Source: Granulicella sp.
GTDB taxonomy: Bacteria > Acidobacteriota > Terriglobia > Terriglobales > Acidobacteriaceae
Assembly (NCBI GenBank): GCA_027339965.1
Contig: DAHWNL010000016.1
Coordinates: forward strand, 1 to 64,000
Reading direction: 5' to 3'
Length of the DNA: 64,000 bases
The notes under the pieces were generated by a model that did not search any database, was not told the origin of the DNA, and saw nothing but the letters and a program-made list of their open reading frames with translations. This document shows positions 1 through 8,819 of the stretch, piece by piece (position 1 is the stretch's first letter; the number at the start of each line of letters is the position of its first letter). The translations under genes were made by a program, and so were the position numbers.

Positions 1-981
1 GGACTGGGCAGCGACAGCGGAGGATCCGTCCGCGTACCCGCGCACTTCACCGGCATATGCTCGCTGAAGCCCACTCCGGGACGCATTCCGGGCCAGGGTC
101 ATCTACCACCCTGCGTGGGGCCATTTTCGATCCTCGGAGCCATCGGCCCCATGGCGCGCACCATCAGCGACGTGACCCTGCTCTTTCAGACTTTGAGTGG
201 GCAGGATCCGGGCGATCCGTTCAGCCCTCCGTTGCCGCCGCTCAAGATCAACCGCGAACTGTTGCGCGCCCGTCCGGTCGGCTTCTTTGAGGATGATGGG
301 CTGGTTCCAGTCACTGCTGAGACGCGCGCCGCCGTCCAGTCAGCCGCCCAGGCGCTGCATGAAGCAGGATTCCGTGTTGAGCCCTTTCGACCCAGCACGC
401 TGGAGGCGCTGCGCCGCTTGTGGTGGACATTCTTTGTGCAATGCGGGGCCATGTTTTATGAGCCCGCGATCCGCGACAAACGCGAGCAACTGAGTCCCAT
501 CTTCACTGAGTTCCTCGGCATCGCGGAATCAGCGCAGCCGCTCACCGCGGCGCAGTTGCTCGACGCCTGGGCTGAACTTGATATCACCCGCGCCAGAACG
601 CTGGCCGAGATGCGCAACTACACGGCTCTGCTCTGCCCGGTATCCAGCATTCCGGCCTTTCGGCATGGCGAGCGCAGTTGGAAGATCGAAGGTCAGATGG
701 TCGGGTATCTCGACGCCGTACGGCACACCCAATGGTTCAACGCGCTGGCCGCGCCAGCCGCGGTGGTTCCCGTGTCCAAATCAGAGGAGGGCTTACCGAT
801 TGGTGTGCAGATTGCCGCCATGCCCTTCGAGGACGAAGCGGCTTTAGGGGTCGCGGCATTACTCGATGAAGCATTCGGATACAACCCACCCTCCCTGGCA
901 TCGGTGTCACTCAACTGGACGTCGATCGAAGTTTCCGAACCGGATCGAGACCCGCTCCGCTTGCAGCGTAAGGAGAGCTAG
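1..981 (+). CDS. Amidase signature family enzyme (5' truncated by window edge)
   Basis: Frame from base 1 reads GLGSDSGGSVRVPAHFTGICSLKPTPGRIP (amidase signature); C-terminal GLPIGVQI motif. Confidence 0.9.
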   Translation, partial: GLGSDSGGSVRVPAHFTGICSLKPTPGRIPGQGHLPPCVGPFSILGAIGPMARTISDVTLLFQTLSGQDPGDPFSPPLPPLKINRELLRARPVGFFEDDGLVPVTAETRAAVQSAAQALHEAGFRVEPFRPSTLEALRRLWWTFFVQCGAMFYEPAIRDKREQLSPIFTEFLGIAESAQPLTAAQLLDAWAELDITRARTLAEMRNYTALLCPVSSIPAFRHGERSWKIEGQMVGYLDAVRHTQWFNALAAPAAVVPVSKSEEGLPIGVQIAAMPFEDEAALGVAALLDEAFGYNPPSLASVSLNWTSIEVSEPDRDPLRLQRKES

Positions 982-1005
982 ACGCTTCGAACGATTTACC
1001 AAATT

Positions 1006-1051
1006 CTCCATCTTTCGATGGAGGCAAGTCGATAAACGATCTGCTTATAAT
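1006..1051 (+). promoter_or_regulatory. Perfect 7-4-7 palindrome CTCCATC-TTTC-GATGGAG (1006-1023) followed 22 bp later by TATAAT (1046-1051); probable activator-dependent promoter of operon A
   Basis: Read directly; no good -35 hexamer; GGAG RBS at 1069-1072 before GTG at 1081. Confidence 0.65.
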
Positions 1052-1080
1052 TAGCTCTCTCCCAGACTGGAGCGTGCAAC

Positions 1081-1962
1081 GTGCGCGCAACATGGCAGGA
1101 TTGTTTTGCCGGCGCCCCGGATGTCTTAAGGGGCGGACGCCGGCAACAAACCATCGTCCGGGTCTTGGATATTGAAGTCGGTGGGGATGAGTTTGTCACT
1201 ATGGCGGGTCCGTGCTCGGTGGAGACCGAGTCCCAGCTCATGGCCACCGCCCGTCTTGTTCGCCGCTGCGGCGCCCGTATCCTGCGCGGCGGCGCCTTCA
1301 AGCCACGCAGCTCCCCCTATTCCTTTCAAGGCCATGGCTTGAAGGGACTCAGGATGCTCGCCCGCGCCCGCGAAGAATATGGACTGGCCATCGTAACTGA
1401 GGTCATGTCAGAGTGCGATGTGCCCATGGTGGCCGAGTACGCCGACATACTGCAGATCGGCTCGCGCAGCATGGAAAACTTTCCACTGCTGGAGGCTGCC
1501 GCCCGATCGGGACGGCCTGTGCTTCTGAAGCGCGGAATGGGAGCGACGGTCGCCGAGATGCTCCACTCCGCACAGTTGATCCTCGAATACGGCAATCCTA
1601 ATGTCATTCTCTGCGAACGAGGCATCCGCACCTTCGAAACCTCAATGCGCAACACCTTCGATGTCGCGGCCATCGCCCTGCTCAAGCAGATCTCGCACCT
1701 ACCGGTGATCGCCGACCCCAGCCACGCTGCCGGACATCGCTCCCTGGTTCCACCTCTGGCGCGCGTGGCTGTGGCCGCAGGCGCTGACGGTCTGCTGGTT
1801 GAAGTTCACCCCGATCCCGATCAGGCCTGGAGCGATGGGGAACAATCCCTGGATTTTGTTGAATTCCAGGCGATGATGATCTCTCTGGACCCTTACCTGT
1901 CGCTGCGCTCGCATGTACTCAGCGCGTCCCTTGGTGCAGGGTTGGTGGAGGTTGGTGGGTGA
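1081..1962 (+). CDS. aroF: 3-deoxy-7-phosphoheptulonate (DAHP) synthase, type I-beta, catalytic barrel only
   Basis: [52 protein letters not shown] motifs; 293 aa with no N-terminal ACT/chorismate mutase domain. Confidence 0.92.
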   Translation: MRATWQDCFAGAPDVLRGGRRQQTIVRVLDIEVGGDEFVTMAGPCSVETESQLMATARLVRRCGARILRGGAFKPRSSPYSFQGHGLKGLRMLARAREEYGLAIVTEVMSECDVPMVAEYADILQIGSRSMENFPLLEAAARSGRPVLLKRGMGATVAEMLHSAQLILEYGNPNVILCERGIRTFETSMRNTFDVAAIALLKQISHLPVIADPSHAAGHRSLVPPLARVAVAAGADGLLVEVHPDPDQAWSDGEQSLDFVEFQAMMISLDPYLSLRSHVLSASLGAGLVEVGG

Positions 1963-3377
1963 GGGGTTCTGTCTTCCTATTTTTAGCTGTCCTGAGTGCT
2001 GCAACGCCTGCGCCCTCGCGTGCCTTTCCACCCCGCGCAGCGGACCGGGCAGAAGCGGATTTCATTGTGACCGCCGCACCGGTCTACGTTCCCTTGGCGG
2101 AGATGCACGGAGGGGAACGCTTCCCCGACGGAGCACAGTTGCTTCTGGTCCATGACGGCATGGCAAAGCCCCTCGTCGCCGGCTTTGCAGATACCGCAGA
2201 TGCCGATGTCTCCTTCGACGCCAAAAGAGTGCTCTTCGCCGGCAAGCGTACCGCCGACGATCCATGGCAGATCTGGGAGCTCACACTCCAGGATGGTTCA
2301 GTGCGGAGCGTCATCCAAACTGGAGCCGACTCCGAGCGGCCCTTCTATCTTCCAGGCGGACGCATGGTCTGGGCGCAGCGCACGGCCTCCGGATTCCGGA
2401 TCGAGTCTGCTCCGGATGGCCATCCTCCCAAAGTTCCATTCCTGAATCCAACCGCAGGCCCCGGCGTGCTGCCGCTCACGTACATCCAGACCAGCACCTT
2501 TCCGACCGCCATTCTGGCCGATGGTCGCATTCTCTTTGAGTCCGGCTACCCGCTCGGAGCAGGTGTCGCCCCTGAGCTGTATGTGGTCTACGCTGACGGC
2601 TCGGGAGTCCAATCTCTCCGTCCCTATCAGGGCCGCGCCCGCTGGGGCGGCTCGCAACTGGCCTCTGGCGACGTAGTGTTCACACAGGGAAGGTCGCTGG
2701 CGCGCTTTACATCTTCGCTGCTGCAGCAGACTCCGATCACCGCTCCCCATGCTGAATACGCCGGCGCGATTCAAGAGACAGCTTCCGGCGAATGGGTGCT
2801 CAGCGCACGCAAAGCCGGCGAAGTTCACTTTGCGATCGATCTTTGGAGGCCAGGAGCGGCAGACCTTGGAACCGCGCTGGCAGAACGCGGCGATGATCTT
2901 GTCGAGCCCGTGCTGCTGGCGCCGCGCACTCCACCCCGGCGTTTTCCCTCGGACCTGCACCCCTGGAGGTACGCCAATCTCCTCGCTCTCGATTCACGGT
3001 TGTCCCTCGAAGGCAATTTGAAGCAGACACCCGCGTCGGTCCGCCTGGAGACCCAGGACCCGAATGGCCGTGTCCAGATCAACGGCACGGCGCCGGTCGC
3101 CCCCGATGGTTCCTTCTTTGTGAAGGTTCCGGGCAACCGCCCGATTCGATTTCTTCTGCTCGACAGGAACGGCGCCGTGCTGCGCCGACAGCGCGGCTGG
3201 TTCTGGATTCGCGGCGGCGAACAGCGCGCCTGCATCGGTTGCCATACGGGACCGGCGCTCTCTCCGGAAAATCGCACGCCTGAAGTGCTGCTGCGCAGCA
3301 CCACTCCGGTTGACCTGACCGGGGATTCAAACCTCACAGCAACGCGCACCGCTGCGCAGGAAGGCAATACGAGATGA
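1959..3377 (+). CDS. Exported hydrazine synthase alpha-subunit-like protein (TolB-like propeller + HZS_alpha-type middle domain, one CXXCH)
   Basis: Signal peptide; [20 protein letters not shown] propeller blade; [27 protein letters not shown]...[12 protein letters not shown] (CIGCH at 3231-3245); GTGA overlap with upstream gene. Confidence 0.75.
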   Translation: MRGSVFLFLAVLSAATPAPSRAFPPRAADRAEADFIVTAAPVYVPLAEMHGGERFPDGAQLLLVHDGMAKPLVAGFADTADADVSFDAKRVLFAGKRTADDPWQIWELTLQDGSVRSVIQTGADSERPFYLPGGRMVWAQRTASGFRIESAPDGHPPKVPFLNPTAGPGVLPLTYIQTSTFPTAILADGRILFESGYPLGAGVAPELYVVYADGSGVQSLRPYQGRARWGGSQLASGDVVFTQGRSLARFTSSLLQQTPITAPHAEYAGAIQETASGEWVLSARKAGEVHFAIDLWRPGAADLGTALAERGDDLVEPVLLAPRTPPRRFPSDLHPWRYANLLALDSRLSLEGNLKQTPASVRLETQDPNGRVQINGTAPVAPDGSFFVKVPGNRPIRFLLLDRNGAVLRRQRGWFWIRGGEQRACIGCHTGPALSPENRTPEVLLRSTTPVDLTGDSNLTATRTAAQEGNTR

Positions 3378-5140
3378 TCCTTCGCTCTCTGCTCTTATTC
3401 TCTGTCGCCGTCTCGATTGCCGCTGCGCAAAGCGTCGCACCACCAGCGCGGCCTAACCCGGATGCCGCAAAAGCAGTGGGACGATCGACCATCCGCTTTG
3501 AAGACGCCACCCCCCAGTCCGGAATCCACTTCGTTCACAGCTTCGGATCCGCCAAGCTGAGCTCACTGCTGGAAGGCACCGGCGCCGGCTGCGTGTGGTT
3601 CGACTACAACCACTCCGGCCGCAAGTCGCTCTTCGTCGTCAATGGAAGCACCCTTGACCCGAGCATGACGCCCAATTCCCTGTCGCCAAAGCCTGACCCA
3701 GGTCCGCACGCACATCTGTATCGCAATGACGGCAACGGTCATTTTACCGACGTTACTGCGCAGTCCGGTCTTGATCCGGATCTTTACGGAGACGCAGTCA
3801 CCGTCGCAGACTACGACAACGACGGCTATGAAGACCTGCTGGTCACCGGCTACGGCAAGGTGGTTCTCTATCACAACAACGGCAATGGCACATTTACTGA
3901 CGTCACCCGGCAAAGCGGCATCAAGGTAAACGGCTGGGCTATCAGCTCCACGTGGCTTGACTACGACCGCGATGGCTGCGTCGATCTGTTCGTCGGCCGC
4001 TACGTCAAATTCGACCCCAAATACCGCTCCTATTATGCGGCGGACAACTATCCTGGGCCGCTCAGCTATGCGGGCCAGTCGAACATGCTGTTTCACAACA
4101 ACTGCAACGGCACGTTTACCGACGTCTCCGACAAGTCCGGAATCAGCGCTTCCATAGGCCGCACCATGGGAGTCACCGCAGCCGACTTCGACAACGACGG
4201 CTGGGACGACATCTACGTCGCCAATGACGACACTCCAAACTTCCTCTTCCACAACATGCACAATGGAACCTTTCAGGAGATCGCCAACAACACCGGCGCG
4301 GCCTATGGAGAAGATGGCGAAGCTACATCCTCCATGGGTCCGGTTGCGGCGGACCTCTGGAACCGGGGAGTGTTGGACCTTTGGGTGACCGATGGCAGCT
4401 ACAACCGTCTGCTGAAGAACCTGGGCGCTCCGCAACTGGGATCTCCCCCAACCAAATCCGATTGGCAGGGATTCCAGGATGTTACCGCCGCCAGCGGAAT
4501 CTCCCAGGTCGAGGGGCAGTACGTGAGCTGGGGCAGCGGCGTTTACGACTTCGACAACGACGGCCTGCTGGACATCCTGGTCTTTCACGGCGGGCTGAGC
4601 CATATGATTCCGATGGAGCACACCCTCTTCCGCGGACTGGGCGACGGCAAGTTTGAAGATGCGTCGCGCCAGGCGGGTCCCGTCCTGAGTGTGCGCACCG
4701 TAGCGCGTGGCGCCTGTTTTGCCGACTACTTGAACAACGGCAAAGTTGGCGCTTACGTGGTCAATCTCGGATCAGAGGGAACGCTGCTTCACAACGTCTC
4801 CACCCACACCGGCCACTGGGTCGAAGTTAAACTCGTCGGCGCCATGAGGAAGGGTGATGCAGGTGTTGCGGTGGGAAGTCCTCTGGCGAGGAGCAACCGC
4901 GACGGCATCGGCGCGCGCATCGAGGTCTACACCAGTGGCGTGCGCCGGACTGCGGAGCGAGTGGCCAGCTCCGGCTACCTCTCGCAGAATGAAGGACGCG
5001 TTCACTTTGGCTTGGGCGATGCTTCGGTGATTGACACACTGGTCGTCCGTTGGCCAAGTGGAATTGTACAGACGCTAACAAATCAACCAGTGGATCGTGT
5101 GCTCACCGTGCAGGAGCCGGGAAGAGGGGAGCCGCGATGA
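3374..5140 (+). CDS. CRTAC1-family protein (FG-GAP/VCBS repeats + C-terminal ASPIC/UnbV domain), exported
   Basis: Repeated DYDNDG/DFDNDG and NGNGTFTDV motifs; NRDGIGARIEV...SGYLSQ...HFGLG..VRWPSG; ATGA overlap. Confidence 0.9.
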   Translation: MILRSLLLFSVAVSIAAAQSVAPPARPNPDAAKAVGRSTIRFEDATPQSGIHFVHSFGSAKLSSLLEGTGAGCVWFDYNHSGRKSLFVVNGSTLDPSMTPNSLSPKPDPGPHAHLYRNDGNGHFTDVTAQSGLDPDLYGDAVTVADYDNDGYEDLLVTGYGKVVLYHNNGNGTFTDVTRQSGIKVNGWAISSTWLDYDRDGCVDLFVGRYVKFDPKYRSYYAADNYPGPLSYAGQSNMLFHNNCNGTFTDVSDKSGISASIGRTMGVTAADFDNDGWDDIYVANDDTPNFLFHNMHNGTFQEIANNTGAAYGEDGEATSSMGPVAADLWNRGVLDLWVTDGSYNRLLKNLGAPQLGSPPTKSDWQGFQDVTAASGISQVEGQYVSWGSGVYDFDNDGLLDILVFHGGLSHMIPMEHTLFRGLGDGKFEDASRQAGPVLSVRTVARGACFADYLNNGKVGAYVVNLGSEGTLLHNVSTHTGHWVEVKLVGAMRKGDAGVAVGSPLARSNRDGIGARIEVYTSGVRRTAERVASSGYLSQNEGRVHFGLGDASVIDTLVVRWPSGIVQTLTNQPVDRVLTVQEPGRGEPR

Positions 5141-7188
5141 AACGGATCGGTTCAAGCCAACGCCGAGTTCCCGCCCGCCGGATGTTGATTCCTTCTGCCA
5201 TGATTGCGGCATTGCTCTTGGTTGCATCGTTCCGCGCCCGGAGTGTCCACGCCGACGACACTTCACAAACCAGCCAGGTGCTGGGCTACGCCTCCCCGGT
5301 GGAGTTGCTCTTTTCGCCAGACGGCACGCGGCTCTATGTCCTCTGCCAGGATAGCGGCGAGGTGCGGGTGCTGAATGGAACAACGTACGCTCCCATACAG
5401 ACCATCGCCGTTGGCCACGTTCCGCGCGGATTCTTCCTTTCTCCAGATGGAAGCACACTATTCGTGGCCAACTCCTGGGATGACACCATCTCGGTGATCG
5501 ACACCCGAGCGCTGAAGGTAGTCGCCACATGGCACGTAGGGATGGAGCCATCGAGTGTCGTTGAAGGCTCAGCAGGCAAGTATCTTTACGTCGCCAACCG
5601 CATCAGCAACGACGTTGCGGTGCTGAACGCCCAGACCGGGAGCGAAGTCAAGAGGCTGGCGGCAGGACGCGGGGCAAGCTACATGACGCTTTCGCCCGAC
5701 GGACAGCGGATCTACGTAACGCATGTCTATCCCAATCCCGCTCCCCTTGGCTCACCGCCCGAGTCGGAGATCACGGTTATCGACACGGCCAACGCCGAGG
5801 TGATCAACCGCATTCCCTTGCAAAGTATCGCCGGTGTCTTTCACGTTGCGCTTACCTCCAATAGCCAACTGGGCGTCGTGGCTGAACTGCATCCGAAGAA
5901 CCTGCTGCCGGTGACGCAGGTCGAGCAGGGCTGGGTCTTTGAAGATACGCTTACGTTGTTTGGATCGGATGTACGGAACAAGACGGTCGAAGTGCCGCTC
6001 GACGATCTGGATAGCTACGCGGTGCGACCCTTTGGAGTAGCCATTACGCCGGATGGTTCGCGCCTTTACGTGGGCTCTGGTGGCTCGGACATCGTCACCG
6101 CAATCAACCTGCCGCACCTGCGGCGTTATGTGTACACCCAACACGGCCCCATCGTGTATAACCTTGCTGCCGGCGCCCATTACATAGTGGCGCGCATCCC
6201 GGTGGGCAAGGATCCGCGCGGCATGGTCGTCAGCGCCGATGGCCATCGGCTGCTGGTGGCCAACCGGCTTAGCGACACCATCAGCGTCATCGACACGCCC
6301 ACCAACAAGGTAGTCACCACCATTGCTCTGGCTCCATCCAGGCGCCTGTGGACAGAGAACTTCGGCCTGAAGATGTTCTCCGAAATGACCATCGCCACGC
6401 CGGGGCAGAGGCGCTGCCCGGCCTGTCATATCGATGAGCGGCATCGTAACGCCAAAAGGATGAAATTGACCCCGCAGCAGCAGGTGCAGGCTCTGCGGCG
6501 CGGCCAACAGGCCTTTTATACCGCGCGTTACTCCTTCCATGGCGGCATAGGCTGCACCAACTGCCACATCGACACAACCATGGACGGGATGCGGTGGAAC
6601 TTTGAACCAGCAGGCCTGGGCCGAAACATCGTGGAAAATATGCTGCTGGAGGACATCCGGAACACTGCGCCCTACGATTGGAGCGGCATTAACCCCAACC
6701 TGCCCACCCAGGGCGGGCCGCGGACGGAACAGTTCATCTGGCGCTCACAGAATTTTGACGTCCGCACGCTGGCCGATTTATCTGCCTATATCAACAGCCT
6801 GCCGGCGCGGCCCAACCGATGGCGCCTGCCCAACGGCGAACTCACGCCCTCACAGGAGCGCGGCAAGCAGATCTTTGATCGGACGGTCGACAACTTCGGC
6901 AAGCCCATCCCGCTCGCCAATCGATGCAACTACTGCCACAGTGGCCCGCTGGGAACTGATCACCGGAAGGTTGACGTGGGAACCAGGGGAACAAACGATG
7001 ATTCGGGATTATTCGTAACGGCGCAGTTGACCAACATCGCGCTCACCGCGCCATACCTCCACGACGGCTCTGCGGCCACGCTCGAAGAGATATGGACCGT
7101 CCACAATCCTCACGATCAGCATGGCCGCACCAATGACCTGACCAAGGACCAACTGAACGACCTGATCAACTACCTGCGGACGCGCTGA
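5137..7188 (+). CDS. YVTN beta-propeller fused to di-heme cytochrome c peroxidase/MauG-like domain, 3 CXXCH (HzsB+HzsC-like architecture)
   Basis: LFVANSWDDTISVID-type repeats; CPACH (6415-6429), CTNCH (6553-6567), CNYCH (6925-6939); ERGKQIF and TAPYLHDGSAATLEE; ATG at 5137 overlaps upstream TGA. Confidence 0.85.
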   Translation: MKRIGSSQRRVPARRMLIPSAMIAALLLVASFRARSVHADDTSQTSQVLGYASPVELLFSPDGTRLYVLCQDSGEVRVLNGTTYAPIQTIAVGHVPRGFFLSPDGSTLFVANSWDDTISVIDTRALKVVATWHVGMEPSSVVEGSAGKYLYVANRISNDVAVLNAQTGSEVKRLAAGRGASYMTLSPDGQRIYVTHVYPNPAPLGSPPESEITVIDTANAEVINRIPLQSIAGVFHVALTSNSQLGVVAELHPKNLLPVTQVEQGWVFEDTLTLFGSDVRNKTVEVPLDDLDSYAVRPFGVAITPDGSRLYVGSGGSDIVTAINLPHLRRYVYTQHGPIVYNLAAGAHYIVARIPVGKDPRGMVVSADGHRLLVANRLSDTISVIDTPTNKVVTTIALAPSRRLWTENFGLKMFSEMTIATPGQRRCPACHIDERHRNAKRMKLTPQQQVQALRRGQQAFYTARYSFHGGIGCTNCHIDTTMDGMRWNFEPAGLGRNIVENMLLEDIRNTAPYDWSGINPNLPTQGGPRTEQFIWRSQNFDVRTLADLSAYINSLPARPNRWRLPNGELTPSQERGKQIFDRTVDNFGKPIPLANRCNYCHSGPLGTDHRKVDVGTRGTNDDSGLFVTAQLTNIALTAPYLHDGSAATLEEIWTVHNPHDQHGRTNDLTKDQLNDLINYLRTR

Positions 7189-7201
7189 AAGGATACGGAA
7201 C

Positions 7202-8302
7202 ATGGGAGGGATGCTCAACAAGCTTTGCCTGGGTGTGGCGTTTGCGGCGATGGCAACGCCTGCGTTTGCCGCGGCGCGTCCATCGCCTCCATCGCCCCAG
7301 ATGCCGCATTACCGCTTTGTCAACTACACCACCGCGAACGGACTACCCAACAATCACGTCTACTCTGTCCTGGTGGATGGAAGCCGCATCTGGGCGGGTA
7401 CGGATGACGGGCTGGGCTTGTATGAAGACGGCAGATGGAGAACCTTTACCACCGAGGATGGCCTGGCGCAGCAAGCTGTGCTCTCGCTGGCGCTGGACAA
7501 ACGAACCGGCGACGTGTGGGCGGGAACGATGGGCGGGCTGAACCGCATCTCCGGTGGTCGCATCATCGCCACCTATAACCAACTGAACTCAGGACTGAGC
7601 AACGATATCGTCTACGGCGTATCGGTAGAAGGAAAAAATGTGTGGGTCGCCACCGCCGCAGGAGCCTGCCGGCTGAACCTGGATACGAACCAATGGTCGA
7701 TTTATACCGACACCAACACCCCCATGAAGGAGATCTGGGCCTATGGCGTTTCCGCCGCGCCGGACAAGGTGTACTTCGCTATCTGGGGTAGCGGCCTGCT
7801 GGAGTACAACCAGCAAACCAGGCTCTGGGACATCTACGAAGATCCCGACCATCAGACCGACATCGTGCTCTTCAAAGACCAGGGGCTCATCCACGACATT
7901 GTCTCCTCCGTCAGTTATGTGGAGAAGACCGTCTGGGTGGCCACTTACTTCGGCGCCAGCCGCTACGATGGCCGCAATTGGCATAACTTCCTGACCAAGG
8001 ACAGCGGTCTGCCGTCGAACTTCATCAACTACGTCAAAGCGGTGGACGCCAACCATGCATGGTTCTGCACCGACAAGGGTCTGGCTTACTACGACGGCGC
8101 CAACTGGGCCGTCTACACACGTTCGCTCACCAACGGCAAACCGGAGATGTGGGTAAGCGATGCCCAGGGTCATGTAGCCCATATCCCTGTCACCACCGCA
8201 CCAGCCAACAACTATATGCTCGGCATCGACTTCCAGGGCCGCGATCTCTGGATCGCAACAGCCAAGGGGCTGAGTCACGGAATCTTCCAACAACAACCAT
8301 AA
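7202..8302 (+). CDS. Exported stand-alone beta-propeller of the two-component-regulator-propeller type
   Basis: Signal peptide; YTTANGLPNNHV, IWAGTDDGL, SGLSNDIV, SGLPSNFI, LWIATAKGL repeats; no TM or kinase domain. Confidence 0.8.
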   Translation: MGGMLNKLCLGVAFAAMATPAFAAARPSPPSPQMPHYRFVNYTTANGLPNNHVYSVLVDGSRIWAGTDDGLGLYEDGRWRTFTTEDGLAQQAVLSLALDKRTGDVWAGTMGGLNRISGGRIIATYNQLNSGLSNDIVYGVSVEGKNVWVATAAGACRLNLDTNQWSIYTDTNTPMKEIWAYGVSAAPDKVYFAIWGSGLLEYNQQTRLWDIYEDPDHQTDIVLFKDQGLIHDIVSSVSYVEKTVWVATYFGASRYDGRNWHNFLTKDSGLPSNFINYVKAVDANHAWFCTDKGLAYYDGANWAVYTRSLTNGKPEMWVSDAQGHVAHIPVTTAPANNYMLGIDFQGRDLWIATAKGLSHGIFQQQP

Positions 8303-8313
8303 GGAGCACCATC

Positions 8314-8814
8314 ATGAGTTCAATTGCCGCAAATCTTGAGACCGTCGCCCACACACCGATCGAGAAGCACGCCGTTACCAACTACGGCGTCCTCAACGAA
8401 GCCTACTGTTATGACAAGCCGAGTTCCTTTTCGCGTGGGATGAAAATCGACCTCGGTGAGGTGACGATCCTGTTCATCTCAGGCACCGCATCAATTGACG
8501 AGCACGGCAAGAGCGTGCACATCGGCGACTTCCGCGCACAGATGCGGCGCACACTCTCCAACATCAAAGGCCTGCTGGAGAGTGAAGGCTGCACCTGGCG
8601 CGACATCGTGCGGACTACCTGCTATCTGCGAGACATCGAACGCGATTACGAGGCCTTCAACGAGGAACGGACGGCCTTCTACAAGGAACAGGGGCTTGAT
8701 CCCCTGCCCGCATCGACCGGCATTCAAGCCATTCTCTGCCGGCCGGAGTTGCTGATCGAGATCGAGGCCATCGCCATGTTCCGCAGCGCCAAGGGGAAGA
8801 TCAGCAAGGAGTAG
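8314..8814 (+). CDS. Rid (YjgF/YER057c/UK114)-fold protein resembling the FkbO/Hyg5 chorismatase catalytic domain
   Basis: AAGGAG RBS at 8301; AYCY..PSSFSRG, LFISGTASI, H.GD..AQ..TL.NI, LCRPELLIEIEA. Confidence 0.8.
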   Translation: MSSIAANLETVAHTPIEKHAVTNYGVLNEAYCYDKPSSFSRGMKIDLGEVTILFISGTASIDEHGKSVHIGDFRAQMRRTLSNIKGLLESEGCTWRDIVRTTCYLRDIERDYEAFNEERTAFYKEQGLDPLPASTGIQAILCRPELLIEIEAIAMFRSAKGKISKE

Positions 8815-8819
8815 CGATC

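Noticed and set aside
5050..5136. Upstream-extended starts given by the ORF track (also 8059, 29855, 42566, 56700, 57901)
   Set aside because: Downstream starts fit better by RBS, stop/start overlap or family domain boundary
1959..7188. Calling the locus a true anammox hydrazine synthase (hzsABC)
   Set aside because: The alpha-like gene is short with one heme motif, no hydrazine dehydrogenase/HAO-type octaheme or nitrite reductase gene is in the window, and the host looks acidobacterial; only architectural similarity is supportable
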